From an uncultured Acidobacteriota bacterium (GTDB lineage Bacteria; Acidobacteriota; Vicinamibacteria; Vicinamibacterales; 2-12-FULL-66-21): 64,000 nucleotides of DNA. Positions 60,738-64,000 of this stretch are shown here, piece after piece (position 1 is the first letter of the stretch; the number at the start of each line of letters is the position of its first letter). The stretch covers positions 394,303 to 458,302 of the forward strand of contig CAVVSF010000002.1 of the NCBI GenBank assembly GCA_963750915.1, given 5' to 3'. The notes beneath the pieces are model-generated. The model saw only the letters and a list, made by a program, of their open reading frames with translations, was not told where the DNA came from and searched no databases. Position numbers and translations under genes: made by a program.

Positions 60738-61178
60738 TCAACCGATGAAGGGCGGCGGCGGGATCTCACCCTCGACCACTTCCATGTCGACGCTGCCGCG
60801 ATCGTCGGTGCGGAAGGTGGCGACAGCGCGGTCGTCGATGACGACAGAGAAGGTCTGGTTCGGCGGCAGGCCGCCGATGATGTCGACCTCGAGCTCCGGG
60901 CGCCGGTCGCTGCGCCCCGCGGCCGGAATCTCCACTTCCACTTCGCCGACGACGCGCCGCCCGCGCCGGTCGATGAGGGCCGCGTCCTTCTCGGTGTTGC
61001 CGAGGCCATCCACACGTGACCGGAACTCGCCTGACAGGACCGTCGCGCCGCTGGCGTCGTGAATCTCAACCATTGCCGCCTGGGACATGTCACCAAGGCG
61101 GATAGTGGGCGTGCTCGCGGCGGTAACTCTCAGAAACATGCCGCCGGCCGCCATCATGATCGCGCACATCGCGAGCAA
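60738..61178 (-). CDS. hypothetical exported protein
   Basis: Hydrophobic N-terminus (LLLTLLAMCAIMMAAGGMFL; only a TTG start is available in frame). Beta-rich remainder. No family recognised. Confidence 0.45.
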   Translation of the reverse strand: MLAMCAIMMAAGGMFLRVTAASTPTIRLGDMSQAAMVEIHDASGATVLSGEFRSRVDGLGNTEKDAALIDRRGRRVVGEVEVEIPAAGRSDRRPELEVDIIGGLPPNQTFSVVIDDRAVATFRTDDRGSVDMEVVEGEIPPPPFIG

Positions 61179-61318
61179 CGTGAGCAGCAGCCGCCACTCA
61201 TCGGCAGAAGAACCGTTCGAATGCAGTGGTCGTCAGCCATGCGGGTGGCGATTCAAGTTTCGCGCCGGGCAGCTGCCGAGCTTCAACCAGCTCGACAGCG
61301 CGTGTTACTCTCGGCCCG

Positions 61319-62188
61319 GTGAACGCTCTCATCGCAGCACTGTGGGCCGCGATCGGTCGCCAGCCCGGCCTTGTTTGCGCGCTCGGCGTCGGGCTGACCT
61401 GCTCGGCGCTGGCGTCCTCGTGGGCGAACGCTCAGGTGCCGTTCAAAGTCCTCGCGTTCTACACGGGTGTGAACGACCGCGCTCACATCAGTTTTGTCGG
61501 CGAGGCCAACCGCTGGCTCCCGCAGACAGGCAAGACCGAGGGATTCACCTACGAGTCGACCACTGACTGGACCCGCCTGAACGAATCCGAGCTCTCGCGC
61601 CAGCAGGTCGTCGTGTTTCTCGACACCCGTCCCGAACGCCCCGAGCAGCGGGAAGCCTTTCGCAAATACATGGAGGGAGGCGGCGCGTGGATCGGATTCC
61701 ACTTCGCCGGCTTCGCGCTGACGCCGTCCAGCTTTCCGCAGGACTGGGACTGGTATCACCAGCAGTTCCTCGGTGCCGGGTCGTACGTGAGCAACACCTG
61801 GCGGCCGACGCCGGCGACGCTCAAGGTCGAGGCCGCCGATCACCCGGTCACGGCCGGCCTGCCGCCGACGCTCGTGTCCGCACCAAACGAGTGGTACCGG
61901 TGGCAGAACGACCTGCGCACGAACCCCGACATCCGGATTCTGCTTTCGATCGATGCATCGAGCTTTCCCCTCGGCACCGGGCCCAAGCCGCACGAGATCT
62001 GGCATTCAGGCTATTACCCCGTGGTGTGGACCAACACGCGCTATCGCATGGTCTACATGAACGTGGGGCACAACGACATCGACTACGAGCACAAGACGAA
62101 CCGCGAGTTGTCATCGACGTTCTCATCGCCACCGCAGAACGCCCTCATCGTCAACGCGCTGCGCTGGCTCGGCCGCCGCGTCCGCTGA
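61319..62188 (+). CDS. secreted ThuA-like (trehalose utilisation / class I glutamine amidotransferase-like) protein
   Basis: Signal peptide ...LGVGLTCSALASSWANAQ. FKVLAFYTG...VVVFLD...GGGAWIGFHFAG...VVWTN...YMNVGHN pattern. GTG start at 61319 is assumed. Confidence 0.6.
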   Translation: MNALIAALWAAIGRQPGLVCALGVGLTCSALASSWANAQVPFKVLAFYTGVNDRAHISFVGEANRWLPQTGKTEGFTYESTTDWTRLNESELSRQQVVVFLDTRPERPEQREAFRKYMEGGGAWIGFHFAGFALTPSSFPQDWDWYHQQFLGAGSYVSNTWRPTPATLKVEAADHPVTAGLPPTLVSAPNEWYRWQNDLRTNPDIRILLSIDASSFPLGTGPKPHEIWHSGYYPVVWTNTRYRMVYMNVGHNDIDYEHKTNRELSSTFSSPPQNALIVNALRWLGRRVR

Positions 62189-62195
62189 CGGGTGG

Positions 62196-63488
62196 TCAGA
62201 GCGCCGGCGCCAGGCGCCCGGCCGCGGCCGGGCGTTCGAACGTGCGCCGCCCGATGGTGAGGAAGGACAGCCCGGCGAGCACGCACAGGCCCGCCGCGAT
62301 CCAGAACGCGATCCGATAGTCGCCGAGCGAAGTCCGGATGGCGCCGGCACCGAGGGCGGCGAGCGAGGCGCCGAGCTGGTGGCTCGCGCCGATCCATCCG
62401 TAGATGACGCCCGTGTTCTCGCGGCCGAACGCATCCCCGGTCAACCGTACCGTCGGCGGTACGGTTGCGATCCAGTCGAGGCCGTAGAAGACCGCGAACA
62501 GGCCGAGGCCGGCGGCGCCGCCGCCGAGCGTGAACGGCAGATAGAAGAGCGACAGCCCGCGCAGCGTGTAGTAGGCGAAAAGCAGATGCCGGCTCGAGTA
62601 GCGATCGGTCAGCCATCCCGATGCCGTCGTGCCGATGATGTCGAAGATGCCCATCAGCGCCAGGAGCTGCGCCGATCGCATCTGCGGGATGCCGTAGTCA
62701 TGGCAGGCAGCGATCAGGTGCGTGCCGATCAGCCCGTTCGTGCTGGCGCCGCAGACGAAAAAGGTGCCGGCGAGCACCCAGAATGCGCGCGAGCGGACGG
62801 CGAGCTGCAGCGCCGCGAACGGCGAGAGTGCCGGTTTCCTCGCCAGTCCGGCTGCGTGTGCCGCCTGCCCGTACGGCCGCAGTCCTAGCTGTTCCGGACG
62901 GTCGCGCATGAACACCAGCACGATGACGAAGACGACGGCGGCCGCCGCACTGACGAGCCACGCCGCCGAGCGCCAGCCGCTCTGATCGACCAGGCCCGCC
63001 AGCAGCGGCAGGAAGAGCAGCTGGCCCGTGGCGTTGGCCGCCGACAATGCGCCGAGGACCAGACCGCGCCGCTCGTCGAACCACCGGGTGGCCACGATCG
63101 CCGCCAGCACCATCGACGTGACGCCGGTGCCTGTGCCGACGCAGATGCCCCACAGCAGCATCATCTGCCACGCCGACTGCATCCTCGTCGTCAGGGCCAC
63201 GGACACGGCGAGGAGCGCCAGCGCCAGCAGGACGATCCGGCGCAGCCCCCAGCGATCGATGGCGGAAGCAGCGAAGGGGCCGATCAGGCCGAAGAGCGCG
63301 ATGTTGATCGCGACCGCGCCCGAGATGACGGTCCGACTCCAGCCATACTCGCTTTCGAGCGGCACCATCAGTACGCCGGGTGTCGCACGAATGCCGGCGG
63401 TCACGAGCAGCACGACGAAGGTCGCGGCAGCGACGATCCAGGCGTAGTGAAGCGGGGAGGCAGTGCGGGGTTGCGCGTCGTTGGCCAT
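62196..63488 (-). CDS. MFS transporter
   Basis: About 12 hydrophobic helices with an MFS-like loop (DRWGLRRI) between TM2 and TM3. Confidence 0.85.
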   Translation of the reverse strand: MANDAQPRTASPLHYAWIVAAATFVVLLVTAGIRATPGVLMVPLESEYGWSRTVISGAVAINIALFGLIGPFAASAIDRWGLRRIVLLALALLAVSVALTTRMQSAWQMMLLWGICVGTGTGVTSMVLAAIVATRWFDERRGLVLGALSAANATGQLLFLPLLAGLVDQSGWRSAAWLVSAAAAVVFVIVLVFMRDRPEQLGLRPYGQAAHAAGLARKPALSPFAALQLAVRSRAFWVLAGTFFVCGASTNGLIGTHLIAACHDYGIPQMRSAQLLALMGIFDIIGTTASGWLTDRYSSRHLLFAYYTLRGLSLFYLPFTLGGGAAGLGLFAVFYGLDWIATVPPTVRLTGDAFGRENTGVIYGWIGASHQLGASLAALGAGAIRTSLGDYRIAFWIAAGLCVLAGLSFLTIGRRTFERPAAAGRLAPAL

Positions 63489-63612
63489 GGGAAGTGTTTA
63501 TCGACGTTGCGTCTAGAAAGCGTGCCGTTCCGCCATCATGACGACGTTAGGGACCTGCGGTGCAATCCAATCGCTCGGCGGGCCGTGTCGCCTCGCATGT
63601 AAAATCGACGCC

Positions 63613-64000
63613 ATGCCAGCACCTTCTTCCCGCCGCGCGGTCCTGACTTTCGCTGCCGCGCTCGTGATCGCTGTTTCGTCCGGCCTCCTATCAGCCCCGT
63701 CGCCGTCAGACACGCCAACAGAGGTGTTTCTCGCCTATCGCAAGGCGCTTGCCGGCGCCAAGTCCTATGACGCGATCCTCCCCTACATGGATGCAAAAAG
63801 CCGCGGCATGGTCGAGAACATGACCGACGAGATGCGAGCGGGGGTGTTCGAACTGCTCAAGAAGTTCGAAGCCACCTACTCCGACGTCGCCGTCGCCGGC
63901 GAGGACGTGAAAGGCGAGACGGTGGTGCTGTCGCTCACCGGCAAGGACCTGAAAGGGCAGCCGGCAAAGGGAACGGTGCCGATGTCGAAGGAAGGCACCG
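63613..64000 (+). CDS. hypothetical exported protein, C-terminus cut by window edge
   Basis: The ATG at 63613 opens a frame to the window end. Signal-like N-terminus (RRAVLTFAAALVIAVSSGLLSAP). Not in the ORF track because no stop falls in the window. Confidence 0.5.
   Translation, partial: MPAPSSRRAVLTFAAALVIAVSSGLLSAPSPSDTPTEVFLAYRKALAGAKSYDAILPYMDAKSRGMVENMTDEMRAGVFELLKKFEATYSDVAVAGEDVKGETVVLSLTGKDLKGQPAKGTVPMSKEGT

Overview
The window is a visibly GC-rich stretch of bacterial chromosome (G+C not computed). The gene content suggests Acidobacteriota or Gemmatimonadota, but that is inference only: ECF sigma factor paired with a Ser/Thr kinase, TPR kinases, and many TAT or periplasmic redox proteins. 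I support about 54 protein-coding genes. I found no rRNA, tRNA, CRISPR array, transposase or integrase.

Main blocks:
- 1-5.3 kb: cytochrome c, two TAT-exported Gfo/Idh/MocA oxidoreductases and ApbE.
- 5.3-11.9 kb: pyruvate:ferredoxin oxidoreductase, a GltD-like Fe-S flavoprotein and a dihaem cytochrome c.
- 12.4-22.4 kb: TonB, USP, M28 peptidase, TPR Ser/Thr kinase, S1 protease, hydrolase, GreB and an EF-hand/PA-IL lectin-like protein.
- 22.5-32.2 kb: a stress and regulatory block. It holds three USP genes with sigma-54-type promoters, a PAS kinase with an NtrC-type activator, and HemG-like, DUF302-like, VIT and P-type ATPase genes.
- 35-38 kb: a TIR-TPR gene beside a catalytically dead trypsin-fold protein.
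- 41.07-51.06 kb: the most unusual region. It is a tightly packed six-gene cluster on the + strand. It encodes an IPT/TIG protein, two orphan proteins, an HExxH protein, an acidic trypsin-like protease and a PhoD-like phosphoesterase. None has an export signal by eye. A heptanucleotide repeat precedes the cluster and an ECF sigma / Ser-Thr kinase pair follows it.
- 54.5-64 kb: housekeeping and accessory genes.

At least eight genes show single-base (+1) frame breaks, mostly at homopolymers or (CG)n runs. Four of these breaks lie inside the six-gene cluster. All functional calls come from reading motifs in the supplied translations; no database search was run.
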